Shown one piece after another: positions 33,377-41,889 of a stretch of 64,000 bases of DNA (position 1 is its first letter; each line of letters opens with the position of its first letter). The notes beneath the pieces were generated by a model, which worked only from the letters and a program-made list of their open reading frames with translations, did no database searches and was not told the origin of the DNA. The stretch covers positions 138,306 through 202,305 of the forward strand of contig CAYLHO010000002.1 in assembly GCA_964383665.1 (NCBI GenBank). The letters are read 5' to 3'. Made by a program: the position numbers and the translations under genes. Source of the DNA: an uncultured Lachnospiraceae bacterium. GTDB taxonomy: Bacteria; Bacillota; Clostridia; Christensenellales; UBA1242.

Positions 33377-34900
33377 ATGATAACAATGACAATTTTAGAT
33401 GGTTATGGCGAAAGAAACGAAAAAGAAGGGAATGCAATTTTCGGAAATTCACCTAACATAAACAAACTCAAAAAATCTTTCCCAAATTGTTTGCTTGAGG
33501 CAAGCGGAAAGGCTGTTGGGCTTTCGGAAGGGCAAATGGGAAACAGCGAAACTGGGCATTTAAACCTTGGAAGTGGGCGTGTTGTTTTTCAAGACCTTGA
33601 AAGGATTAATCAGGCAATTGAGAACTGCTCGTTTCAAAAGAATGAGGTTATAAAAGAAGCTGCGGCTTATGCTAAAAAGAACAAAAGCAATGTCCATGTT
33701 ATGGGGCTTTGTTCAAACGGCGGAATTCACAGCAAAATTGAGCATGCAAAACAACTTATTCTTTCACTAAAAAAGTTGGGAGTTAAGAAAGTATATTTCC
33801 ATGCGTTCCTTGATGGACGCGACACTCCAATTGACAGCGGAATTGGTTATTTTGGCGAAGTTTCTCGTTTTCTTAAAGAAGAGGAAATTGGCGAAGTTAT
33901 AACTGTTTCAGGGCGTGTTTACGCAATGGACAGAGAGCAGCGCTTCGAGCGAGTTCAACGTGTTTATAACATGCTAACAGGAACAGGGGCGGAAGGATAT
34001 AACGAGGTTTCAAATCTTCGAAAAGCAATTGAAAACAACTATAACAAAGGTGTTTACGATGAATTTATGCCCCCAATAAAACTTGTTGGAAGCCCGGATA
34101 TTGAAAGCGGAGATGTTATTATTTCCTATAACTTTCGAACCGACAGAATGCGCGAATTGATTTCTGCACTTTCTCAAAAAAATTTTAAGGCATTTGAACG
34201 CAAAAAACTTGAAAATCTTTATGTTGCAACCATGACGGAATATGACAAAACATTCAAAAACATAAATGTTATTTTTAAACCAGAAAAAATTAAAAACTGT
34301 CTTTCTGAGGTTCTTGCGAAAAACAATTTAAAACAACTTCGAATTGCTGAAACAACGAAATATGCGCATGTGACCTTCTTTTTCAACGGAGGAATTGAAA
34401 AACCTTTTCAAGGAGAGGAAAGAAGTCTTGTTGAAAGCATTAATGTTCAAAATTTTTCCTCTGTTCCAAAAATGAGAGCAAAGGAAATTACGCAAAGGGC
34501 AATTTCGGCAATTAAGAGCAAAAAATATGACTTTATATTAATCAATCTTTCAAATCCCGACATGATTGGACACACTGGCGATTTCAACGCGGCAAAAAAA
34601 GCGATTAAATTTGTTGATAAATGCGCCAATCAAATTGTTAAGGCAACCCTTAAATTTGGAGGCGATGCAATTGTTACGGCGGACCATGGGAACGCGGAAC
34701 TCATGTTTGAGAACGGAAAAGTTGTTACCTCCCACACAACCAATCCTGTTCCATTCATTCTTGCAAGCAAACGTTTAAAAAATTGCGAGTTAAAAGAGCA
34801 TGGGAAACTTGGAAACGTTGCTCCAACAATTTTGGAGTTGTTTGGGATTAAAAAACCAAAAGAAATGACGGAAAATTCGCTTTTAATTAATAAAAATTGA
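33377..34900 (+). CDS. gpmI: 2,3-bisphosphoglycerate-independent phosphoglycerate mutase
   Basis: 507 aa. ILDGYG...NAI, catalytic-Ser region GQMGNSETGHLNLGSGR, C-terminal ADHGNAE. Confidence 0.92.
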   Translation: MITMTILDGYGERNEKEGNAIFGNSPNINKLKKSFPNCLLEASGKAVGLSEGQMGNSETGHLNLGSGRVVFQDLERINQAIENCSFQKNEVIKEAAAYAKKNKSNVHVMGLCSNGGIHSKIEHAKQLILSLKKLGVKKVYFHAFLDGRDTPIDSGIGYFGEVSRFLKEEEIGEVITVSGRVYAMDREQRFERVQRVYNMLTGTGAEGYNEVSNLRKAIENNYNKGVYDEFMPPIKLVGSPDIESGDVIISYNFRTDRMRELISALSQKNFKAFERKKLENLYVATMTEYDKTFKNINVIFKPEKIKNCLSEVLAKNNLKQLRIAETTKYAHVTFFFNGGIEKPFQGEERSLVESINVQNFSSVPKMRAKEITQRAISAIKSKKYDFILINLSNPDMIGHTGDFNAAKKAIKFVDKCANQIVKATLKFGGDAIVTADHGNAELMFENGKVVTSHTTNPVPFILASKRLKNCELKEHGKLGNVAPTILELFGIKKPKEMTENSLLINKN

Positions 34901-34979
34901 ATTTTATTTTGTTATTAATTTATAATTGTATATAATAATATTTAGTTAAAGTTACTAAAAATTGGCAATTGGAGGCTCT

Positions 34980-37661
34980 ATGAGAATTATTCCAAGAAAA
35001 ATTAAGGTTAAAACAGAGTTTATTAAAGGTGTTACGTTAACCGACATCATCTTTGCATTTATTGGTGTTGGTGTTGCGGTTGCGCTTTTCACTGCTAACT
35101 TTCCATATCACGTTTGGGTTGGGGTTGGCTGGCTTATTGTTGCCTTCAGCCTTTTCCTTCCGGTTGCCGATGGAATTAGATTTTATTACACGTTAGGATA
35201 TTTGTTTAGGTTTTTTGCGCAAAAGAAAAAATATTCGAAAGACGCAAAAAAAGAAAGCTCAAACATCTCAACAATAATTCCTTTTGTTGGGTTCGAGCAA
35301 GACAGATTTATTAACTATAAAGATTACTATGCGCAAGTTATTGAAATCACACCTGTTGAGTTCGGACTTTTGAATGAGTTTAAGCAAAACATGCTTATTG
35401 AAACATTTGCAAATGCGCTTCGTCGTTTAACCGAAACGCAAACCGCAAACATAATTAAACTTAGCAAAGCAATGATTCTCGACAACTATGTTTATGTTGA
35501 GGACAGAAAGTATGATTCCCTTCTCGACCTTCAAATTGAAGGGGAAATGACTGCAAAAGAAGTTGAAGCGAGAGCAGGAATTTTTGAGGACAGGGTTTCA
35601 CGTGTTGAATCCATGAACCGCCAAGAAAAAGTTTATAAAGATTACTATTATTTCGTTGTTTATGGAAAAGATAAAGAAATTTTGGAAACAACAATCAACG
35701 GAATTATGACAACGCTTTCAAATTCCGTAACTCCAATGACAACGAAGAAGTTGGCAGGACGCGAACTTGTTGTTTTTGTTAAAGCAACCTTTGGAAAAGA
35801 ATTTGATGAAAGAGAACTTGATTCAATTGCAATGGATAAGTATTACGATTGGGCAGTTCCAAAAGAACTTAAATTTAAAGCCGCTGGTTACACTGTTGAT
35901 GGAAGAGGCTATCGACAATTTGTTGTTAACGACTATCCTCTTAACGTTCCAAATGCTTGGGGATTTAATTTCTTTTCGCAGGACAGAACAAAAGTTATTG
36001 TTAAAATTAAGCCTGTTCAAAAGTTGAAAGCTGAACGAAACATCGATAAGGCAATTATGGAAATGGAAAGTAAGGCAGCTTATTCAGCAAAGAGCAGTAG
36101 GGTTATTGAAAACGAAACCCACAGAGAAACGCTGAAACAACTTCTTGTTAGCCTTAAAAACAACAATGAACAACTTTTTGATGTTAACACCTACGTAATT
36201 TGTGAGGAGGCGGCAAGAAAAGAAGTTAAAGCAATCTTGAAACAAGAAGGCTTTAAAATTTCTGAATTGTTTGGTCGACAAGTTGATGGGTTCATAAGCT
36301 CAAACATTTCAATGAGAGATAACATCAAAGATACAATGCGTGGAATGCCAACAACAACTCTTGCAGCAATTTTCCCATTCATTTCGGGGGCGCTTCAAGA
36401 TAAAGATGGGTTCTATATTGGATATAATGAATACCCAATTTTCGTTGACTTCTTTGTTAGAAACAGAGACAGAGTTAACAGCAACATGATGATTGTTGGT
36501 AAATCTGGTTCGGGAAAATCTTTCGCAACAAAAACTTTGCTTTCAAACTTTGCTGCGGATAACACAAAAATATTTATTCTTGACCCAGAAGATGAATATA
36601 CAGTTCTTGCAGGGAATTTGCATGGAAAAGTTATTGATGTTGGGTCTTCATCGATGGGAATTATTAATCCTTTTCACATAATGACAACTCTTAAAGACGA
36701 CATTAAAGATGTTTCGGAAGTTTACGACGAAGAAGATGAAAAGGAAGAAGATAACGGAAAGCTCAAACTTAAAGAATCAACCGACACATTTTCAACCCAC
36801 CTTCAATTCGTTGAGCAGTTCTTTAAGGTTATTCTTAATGGAATGGACAGCGATTCGTTTGAGGCTCTTAACTCGCTTGTTGTTGAAATGTATAACGAAA
36901 AGGGAATCGATTCAAACACCGATCTTGAAAAACTCAAGCCAGAGGATTATCCAATCTTTGATGACCTTTACAGAATTATTCTTGATCGCGTTGAAAAAGA
37001 AACCGACGAATATCACAAACGCAATTTGTTAACAATTCAAACATACATCAAGAAATTTGCAACTGGGGGAAGAAACAGTAATCTTTGGAATGGTCCAACC
37101 TCAATAAGCACAAAAGAAAATTTCGTTTCCTTTAACTTCCGTTCTCTTCTTGCAAACAGAAACGAGGTTATTGCGAACGCACAAATGCTTTTGATATTTA
37201 AATATTTGGATAATGAAATTATTAAAAATCGTGACTTCAACATTCGTTTTAAAACCAACAGAAAAATTATTGTTGCCGTTGACGAAGCCCACATTTTCAT
37301 TAATCCAGAATATCCAATTGCTTTGGATTTCATGGCGCAAATGGCAAAACGTATTCGTAAGTATTCAGGAATGCAAATTGTTATTACGCAAAACATTAAG
37401 GACTTCGTTGGAACTCCGGAAATTCAACGTCAATCAACGGCTGTTATTAACGCCAGCCAATACTCAATGATTTTCTCACTTTCGCCAAACGACTTGAACG
37501 ACCTTGTTGAGTTGTATCGAAAATCGGGGGAAATCAACAACGAGGAACAAAACAGCATCGTTACGGCTGGGGTTGGTCAGTGTTTCTTCATAACTGGGGC
37601 AATGAACCGAACCATGATGCAAATTGAAGCACCAGATTCAATAAGAAAGATATTTGAATAA
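34980..37661 (+). CDS. VirB4-family (AAA_10/TraE-like) ATPase with an N-terminal PrgI/VirB3-like membrane segment
   Basis: I use ATG 34980 (MRIIPRK...), 5 nt after GGAGG, rather than TTG 34962. The N-terminus IPRKIKVKTEFIKGVTLTDIIF plus 2 TMs resembles PrgI/VirB3. Walker A IVGKSGSGKSFATK, FILDPEDEY, Walker B IIVAVDEAHIF, ITQNIKDF. Confidence 0.75.
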   Translation: MRIIPRKIKVKTEFIKGVTLTDIIFAFIGVGVAVALFTANFPYHVWVGVGWLIVAFSLFLPVADGIRFYYTLGYLFRFFAQKKKYSKDAKKESSNISTIIPFVGFEQDRFINYKDYYAQVIEITPVEFGLLNEFKQNMLIETFANALRRLTETQTANIIKLSKAMILDNYVYVEDRKYDSLLDLQIEGEMTAKEVEARAGIFEDRVSRVESMNRQEKVYKDYYYFVVYGKDKEILETTINGIMTTLSNSVTPMTTKKLAGRELVVFVKATFGKEFDERELDSIAMDKYYDWAVPKELKFKAAGYTVDGRGYRQFVVNDYPLNVPNAWGFNFFSQDRTKVIVKIKPVQKLKAERNIDKAIMEMESKAAYSAKSSRVIENETHRETLKQLLVSLKNNNEQLFDVNTYVICEEAARKEVKAILKQEGFKISELFGRQVDGFISSNISMRDNIKDTMRGMPTTTLAAIFPFISGALQDKDGFYIGYNEYPIFVDFFVRNRDRVNSNMMIVGKSGSGKSFATKTLLSNFAADNTKIFILDPEDEYTVLAGNLHGKVIDVGSSSMGIINPFHIMTTLKDDIKDVSEVYDEEDEKEEDNGKLKLKESTDTFSTHLQFVEQFFKVILNGMDSDSFEALNSLVVEMYNEKGIDSNTDLEKLKPEDYPIFDDLYRIILDRVEKETDEYHKRNLLTIQTYIKKFATGGRNSNLWNGPTSISTKENFVSFNFRSLLANRNEVIANAQMLLIFKYLDNEIIKNRDFNIRFKTNRKIIVAVDEAHIFINPEYPIALDFMAQMAKRIRKYSGMQIVITQNIKDFVGTPEIQRQSTAVINASQYSMIFSLSPNDLNDLVELYRKSGEINNEEQNSIVTAGVGQCFFITGAMNRTMMQIEAPDSIRKIFE

Positions 37662-37662
37662 T

Positions 37663-37693
37663 AAAAAAAACTCGCATTGTTGCGAGTTTTTTT
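37663..37693. terminator. bidirectional intrinsic terminator (VirB4-like gene / greA)
   Basis: A8 run, stem CTCGCA / TGCGAG, loop TTGT, T7 run. Confidence 0.85.
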
Positions 37694-37704
37694 ATGAAAT
37701 CTAA

Positions 37705-38175
37705 TTAGGCTTTGATTGAAAGAATTTTATATTCAATTTCTCCGCCTGGGGTTGTAACTGTAACGGTTTCACCTTTTTTCTTTCCAAGAAGAGCTCTTCC
37801 AACAGGACTTTCGTTTGAAATCAATCCTTTAAGAGGGTCGCTTTCGGTTGAACCAATAATTTGATATTCAACTTCTTCTTCGAAAGTTTCGTCGTAGAGT
37901 TTAACAGTGCAACCAACGGAAACACTGCTTGTTGAAAGATCTTTTTTGTTAATTATTTCGCAGTTACGAAGTTTAACTTCAATTTCAGCAATTTCTGCTT
38001 CAATTTGACCTTGTTCTTCTTTTGCTGCGTCATATTCTGCGTTTTCTGAAAGATCACCAAATTCTCTTGCAATTCCAATTTTCTTTGTTACTTCTGGTCT
38101 TCTAACAGTTTTTAATTCAACGAGTCTTTCCTCGAGTTGTTTTTTGCCTTCTGGTGTTAAAAATGTTTTTTCCAT
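37705..38175 (-). CDS. greA: transcription elongation factor GreA
   Basis: 156 aa, AGGAGGA SD. LTPEGKKQLEERL...GDLSENAEYDAAKEEQ, the coiled-coil finger with acidic tip, plus the C-terminal FKBP-like domain. Confidence 0.95.
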   Translation of the reverse strand: MEKTFLTPEGKKQLEERLVELKTVRRPEVTKKIGIAREFGDLSENAEYDAAKEEQGQIEAEIAEIEVKLRNCEIINKKDLSTSSVSVGCTVKLYDETFEEEVEYQIIGSTESDPLKGLISNESPVGRALLGKKKGETVTVTTPGGEIEYKILSIKA

Positions 38176-38190
38176 TCTGTCCTCCTGTTA

Positions 38191-38226
38191 ATAAAAAGAA
38201 GAGCCATTGATAAATCAATGTTCTTC
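38191..38226 (-). terminator. terminator-like hairpin + U-tract inside the greA leader (possible attenuator)
   Basis: Minus-strand RNA: GAAGAACAUUGA-UUUA-UCAAUGgCUCUUC (12 bp with 1 bulge) followed by UUUUUAUU. It ends 15 nt before the greA ATG and lies downstream of the putative promoter at 38239-38267. Confidence 0.55.
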
Positions 38227-38238
38227 AAAAGCAGATAG

Positions 38239-38267
38239 ATAATACACCAATCGAATTAACATGTCAA
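38239..38267 (-). promoter_or_regulatory. putative greA promoter
   Basis: On the minus strand: TTGACA (38267-38262), 17-nt spacer, TATTAT (38244-38239). Confidence 0.5.
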
Positions 38268-38325
38268 CTAATTTTTTTGAGATTATCCACTTATTTTTTA
38301 TTTATATTCAACTTAAGCAAAATTA

Positions 38326-38541
38326 TTAAAGATCTTGCGAAAAATCGCTGCCGGAATTATCCTTGTGAATTGATTTTTCATAGGTTGAAAGTATGTTTAA
38401 AAGCTGACGTTTTGTTTTTCCCGCAAAAATTGCTTTAATTTCTGGAGAATCAGGATTGTTTCCTCCAATTTCGCAAATTTTGTTAACAAGATCTTGTTTT
38501 GTTTCTTTCTTTCCAAGATTTTTTGAGTTAAAACCGTTCAT
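38326..38541 (-). CDS. hypothetical small protein (71 aa)
   Basis: ATG at 38541 lies 7 nt after AAGGAAGG. The TTG at 38547 in the ORF track sits too close to the SD. No motif recognised. Confidence 0.5.
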   Translation of the reverse strand: MNGFNSKNLGKKETKQDLVNKICEIGGNNPDSPEIKAIFAGKTKRQLLNILSTYEKSIHKDNSGSDFSQDL

Positions 38542-38603
38542 TATCAAACCTTCCTTATATTTTTATTTTAGTATCTATTTAAACAAAAAGCAAGAAAAAT
38601 TTT

Positions 38604-39020
38604 TTACTTTTCAAAAATCAACGCGTCTTCGCCGTTTGAGTAGTATTTTTTACGTTCATATTTTTGAGCGTATCCACAGGACATGTAAAAATTTTGCGCG
38701 GCAGAATTGCTTTCTCTAACTTCAAACCAAATTTTCTTGCCAAGTTTTTCAAGAGATGAAAGAAGAGATTTGCCAATTCCGTTTCGTTTATAACTTTCTT
38801 TTGTTGCAATCAAAAGGAGATTGATATCGTCGAAATTGTCTTGAGCAATTAAAAAGCCAACGACCTCTTCTTTTTCCTTTGCAATAAAAAACAGAGAGGA
38901 AGGGGAGGAAAGTGAACTTTCAAACTGGTTTAAATTCCAACTTTCGTTTCCAAATTGTTCATTTGAAATTTCCAAAACTTGTTTAAGGTCTTCCTTTGAA
39001 ACGCTATTTTGAATTTGCAT
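38604..39020 (-). CDS. rimI: ribosomal-protein-alanine N-acetyltransferase (GNAT)
   Basis: 138 aa. GNAT motif A KRNGIGKSLL. Overlaps the tsaB stop and follows the tsaE-tsaB-rimI order. Confidence 0.8.
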   Translation of the reverse strand: MQIQNSVSKEDLKQVLEISNEQFGNESWNLNQFESSLSSPSSLFFIAKEKEEVVGFLIAQDNFDDINLLLIATKESYKRNGIGKSLLSSLEKLGKKIWFEVRESNSAAQNFYMSCGYAQKYERKKYYSNGEDALIFEK

Positions 39021-39636
39021 TTAAATTTGCCTCCGCTTGACTTGGGCGAATGTAGAGAGGAACAAGTTCGGTTTCAGATATAAATTCGTTGTTTTCTGCC
39101 TTGTTTTCGGCAAGGGCAAGAAGTGATTTTGCCGAAAGCGAAACAATTTCAGTTTCAAAAGGTAATTTTTCAATTGAAACAAGGTTTTTAAGCCCATAAA
39201 CTTCGTTTTTGGTAATCATTTTTGGCTTTTCAATTTCTTTATCCATGTTGAAACTGGAAACGAAATAAAGCCCGCTTAACGCATCCAAAATTGCTGTTTT
39301 GTTTTCTTTTGTGCTTCTGCTTGCAATAAGTTCCAATGAATTGATTGAAATTGCTTTCATGTTTGGTTTTGTTGAAAGAATTGCTTTGGCGGTTGCAATT
39401 GAAATTCGAAGCCCTGTGAAAGACCCTGGGCCAACAACAACAGCAAGGGCGTCAATTTCGTTTAGGAAATCGCTTGTGTTTTTCGCTCCTGCTTCTGCAA
39501 AAAGTTTTTCAACTTCAACAAGCAAATTTTCGGAGTGCTTTGAATTGGAGTCAATTGCTTTAAAATATGTTTTTCCGTTGTGGGAAAGGGCAATGTGTGC
39601 TTCAGCAAATGCCGTGTTTAAACATAGAATATTCAT
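39004..39636 (-). CDS. tsaB: tRNA t6A37 biosynthesis protein TsaB
   Basis: 210 aa. ...LAVVVGPGSFTGLRISIATAKA..., the YeaZ/TsaB signature. 4-nt overlap with tsaE. Confidence 0.88.
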   Translation of the reverse strand: MNILCLNTAFAEAHIALSHNGKTYFKAIDSNSKHSENLLVEVEKLFAEAGAKNTSDFLNEIDALAVVVGPGSFTGLRISIATAKAILSTKPNMKAISINSLELIASRSTKENKTAILDALSGLYFVSSFNMDKEIEKPKMITKNEVYGLKNLVSIEKLPFETEIVSLSAKSLLALAENKAENNEFISETELVPLYIRPSQAEANLNANSK

Positions 39637-40046
39637 TTTATTTCCTCGATTTTAATTTCTCTTTCGTTATCTGAAATTTTGTTTATTGTTATTTTTTTGT
39701 ATGGCGGAGAGAAAAGCCCTTCAACGTTCTCCGCCCATTCAACTAAAACAATTCCGTCATTTTTTTTGAAATAGTCCTCAAATCCAAGTTCATAGGCTTC
39801 TTCTTTCGACGAAAGGCGATACATGTCGAAATGATACATTTTCTCTTTTCCAACAAATTCATTAAGCAAAGTAAATGTTGGGCTTGTTACTATTTCAGAA
39901 ATTCCAAGTCCTTTTGCAAAACCTTTTGTGAAAGTTGTTTTTCCCGCGCCAAGATCCCCAGAAAGAACAATTACGCATGGGGATTTAATTGATTTCGCAA
40001 ATTCGGTTGCAAAATTCATTGTTTCATCAGCACTTTTTGTTATCAA
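39633..40046 (-). CDS. tsaE: tRNA t6A37 biosynthesis ATPase TsaE
   Basis: P-loop LSGDLGAGKTTFTKG, SPTFTL, HFDMYRL. I place the start at TTG 40046, 8 nt after AAGGAGA. The 170-aa ORF-track version would overlap the PAP2 gene by 119 nt. Confidence 0.85.
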   Translation of the reverse strand: MITKSADETMNFATEFAKSIKSPCVIVLSGDLGAGKTTFTKGFAKGLGISEIVTSPTFTLLNEFVGKEKMYHFDMYRLSSKEEAYELGFEDYFKKNDGIVLVEWAENVEGLFSPPYKKITINKISDNEREIKIEEIK

Positions 40047-40578
40047 TTTTTTTGTCTCCTTTTTTGTAAAGTGAAATTCCAATTGTTGAGAACACAATTC
40101 CTTCGGCAAGAGCAACAAGTGTGTCGGAAAGGTAGTGTTGCCCAAGATACATTCGTGAAACTATAACAAATCCAACAAAAATTGTAAAGAGAACGCTTGA
40201 AAGAACTTTAATCCAAGGTCTTTTTGAGGATTTAAAAATTATGTAGACACAAAAACAAGCGATGATCGTTGCGCTTAAAGTATGCCCGCTTGGCATCGAT
40301 GCGCCGCTTCCCGGAAAAATGTTTTTAATTTCTCCGCTTGCAACATATGGTCGTGGGCGGGAAATTAATGCTTTCATAATCCAGTTCGCAAGTAAACTTA
40401 AAAGATAGGTTAAACTGAAATAGAGTGCATATTTTTTGTTAACTAAAATATAGATTGTTAAAACGGCAATTGCAAAGCCAATATAGTTTCCAAGTTGGGA
40501 AATTAACTTAAAAAAATTATCCCAAAACGGGGAGGATATTGTTTGAAGAGTTTTTATTATTTCAATTTCAAATTTCAT
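40027..40578 (-). CDS. PAP2-family lipid phosphatase (undecaprenyl-diphosphatase / PgpB-like)
   Basis: 183 aa with about 5 TMs. Motifs KALISRPRP, PSGH, SRMYLGQHYLSD. Confidence 0.85.
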   Translation of the reverse strand: MKFEIEIIKTLQTISSPFWDNFFKLISQLGNYIGFAIAVLTIYILVNKKYALYFSLTYLLSLLANWIMKALISRPRPYVASGEIKNIFPGSGASMPSGHTLSATIIACFCVYIIFKSSKRPWIKVLSSVLFTIFVGFVIVSRMYLGQHYLSDTLVALAEGIVFSTIGISLYKKGDKKIDNKKC

Positions 40579-40613
40579 CTTTCTAGTATTTCAAAATAAA
40601 GCCAAAAATATTT

Positions 40614-41864
40614 TTAGCTTTTTTTCTTTCCCCCTTTTTTCTTTTTGTTTAGATTTTGCAAATATGGGGAGTAGATTATTATTGCTGAAATCCCAGTTCC
40701 GATTAAGATAATTTGCCAAAGTTCAAATTTGAAAGTTATATATTGAACATGATTTGCAACAAGCGCAAGTCCGCCGGTTGTTGATATTCCAACAAGAATG
40801 TTTCCGTTGTTATCGGTTCGATAGATGCATTTTTCGTTAACTCCGCAGTTTTCAAGCCGTTCAAGCGTTTCATCGGAAGGGTGTCCATAGCTGTTTTTCC
40901 CAACAGAAATAACTGCGTATTCTGGTTTAACGATGTCAAGAAATTCCTCTGTTGAGGAATATTTGCTCCCATGATGGGCAATTTGTAAAATGTCAATATC
41001 AAAATACATTTCAGAGAATCCTGCGTATTGGTTGGATTCAACTTTACTTACAAATTCCGATTCGATTCTTGAACTTCCATCGCCGGTTAGCATAATTTTT
41101 CTTCCCATATATTCAACAATAATAATTGGGGAGTAGTCGTTTGTAACCGCTTCGCCTTTGGATAAATATACTTTTCCGGTTATTGGCGCAAAAAAGTTAA
41201 CAGCCCACATCGAACTTGATGTTGCTGCTTCTTCCTCCGAATAAGATGAAGAGTGAATTCGGAGATATTCATTTGTGTAAATCTTTTTGCAGCCAGATTC
41301 TTCAATCTCTTTGTCTAATTTTGATATAACGTTGCGATATGTTTCGTCGCTTGAGGTTGGTGCGCCAGCCGGAATTTCCCATGGAATATCGTCGGAAGTT
41401 TTTTCGTTATAGTAATAAATTTGTGGAAGATAACAATTTTTAACAAGATAGTTGTCAAAAACATATGATGCGCCTCCAATGTGGTCGGCATCGGGGTGGG
41501 TTAAAATTAAATAATCGATAACTTCTTGCTCATCTTCTTCTCGAAAGGCAAAATTGTTTAAATAATTTTTAAATTTGTTATGACTTGTGGATTTTTTATC
41601 GCCGCAGTCGATAAGCATAGTTTCGCCCGTTGGAAATTGTATTAAAGCCGCCGAGCCTTGTTCAACGTCGATGAAATGCGCTTTTAAGCCGTTTTCGTAA
41701 ACTTCGCTTGAAAGAGCATCTTTGTTATAATAAAAATTAACAAAATTTTCAACTTTCTCTTTGAAGAAAAAAGTTGAACAAAGAGCAAGAACAATTAAGC
41801 CAAAAATTATTGTTCTAACCAAAAGCTTTTTCTTTTCAACTGTTTTCTTGTCTTTTTTATCCAA
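40614..41864 (-). CDS. membrane-anchored MBL-fold hydrolase (ComEC C-terminal-domain-like, no channel domain)
   Basis: 416 aa, TTG start after AAGGAAAC. N-terminal TM, HxHxDH variant LILTHPDADHIGG, later AHHGSKYSS, a C-terminal TM and a Lys-rich tail. Confidence 0.75.
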   Translation of the reverse strand: MDKKDKKTVEKKKLLVRTIIFGLIVLALCSTFFFKEKVENFVNFYYNKDALSSEVYENGLKAHFIDVEQGSAALIQFPTGETMLIDCGDKKSTSHNKFKNYLNNFAFREEDEQEVIDYLILTHPDADHIGGASYVFDNYLVKNCYLPQIYYYNEKTSDDIPWEIPAGAPTSSDETYRNVISKLDKEIEESGCKKIYTNEYLRIHSSSYSEEEAATSSSMWAVNFFAPITGKVYLSKGEAVTNDYSPIIIVEYMGRKIMLTGDGSSRIESEFVSKVESNQYAGFSEMYFDIDILQIAHHGSKYSSTEEFLDIVKPEYAVISVGKNSYGHPSDETLERLENCGVNEKCIYRTDNNGNILVGISTTGGLALVANHVQYITFKFELWQIILIGTGISAIIIYSPYLQNLNKKKKGGKKKS

Positions 41865-41889
41865 AAGTTAATCGTTTCCTTATTTTTTC

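Noticed and set aside
33199-33456. 85-aa (+) and 73-aa (-) ORFs bridging the ftsZ 3' end, its terminator and the gpmI start.
   Set aside because: They span a terminator and a promoter, and overlap two well-supported genes out of frame. There are no expression signals.
34962-37661. Calling the VirB4-like gene a mobile element (ICE or conjugative-plasmid fragment).
   Set aside because: No integrase, relaxase, coupling protein, other T4SS genes, att-like flanking repeats or compositional shift is visible. It is reported as an orphan gene under findings instead.
39633-40145. 170-aa version of TsaE overlapping the PAP2 gene by 119 nt (possible fusion or frameshift).
   Set aside because: An in-frame TTG at 40046 is preceded by AAGGAGA at ideal spacing and gives a normal-length TsaE. 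The extra 33 codons have no TsaE-like sequence.
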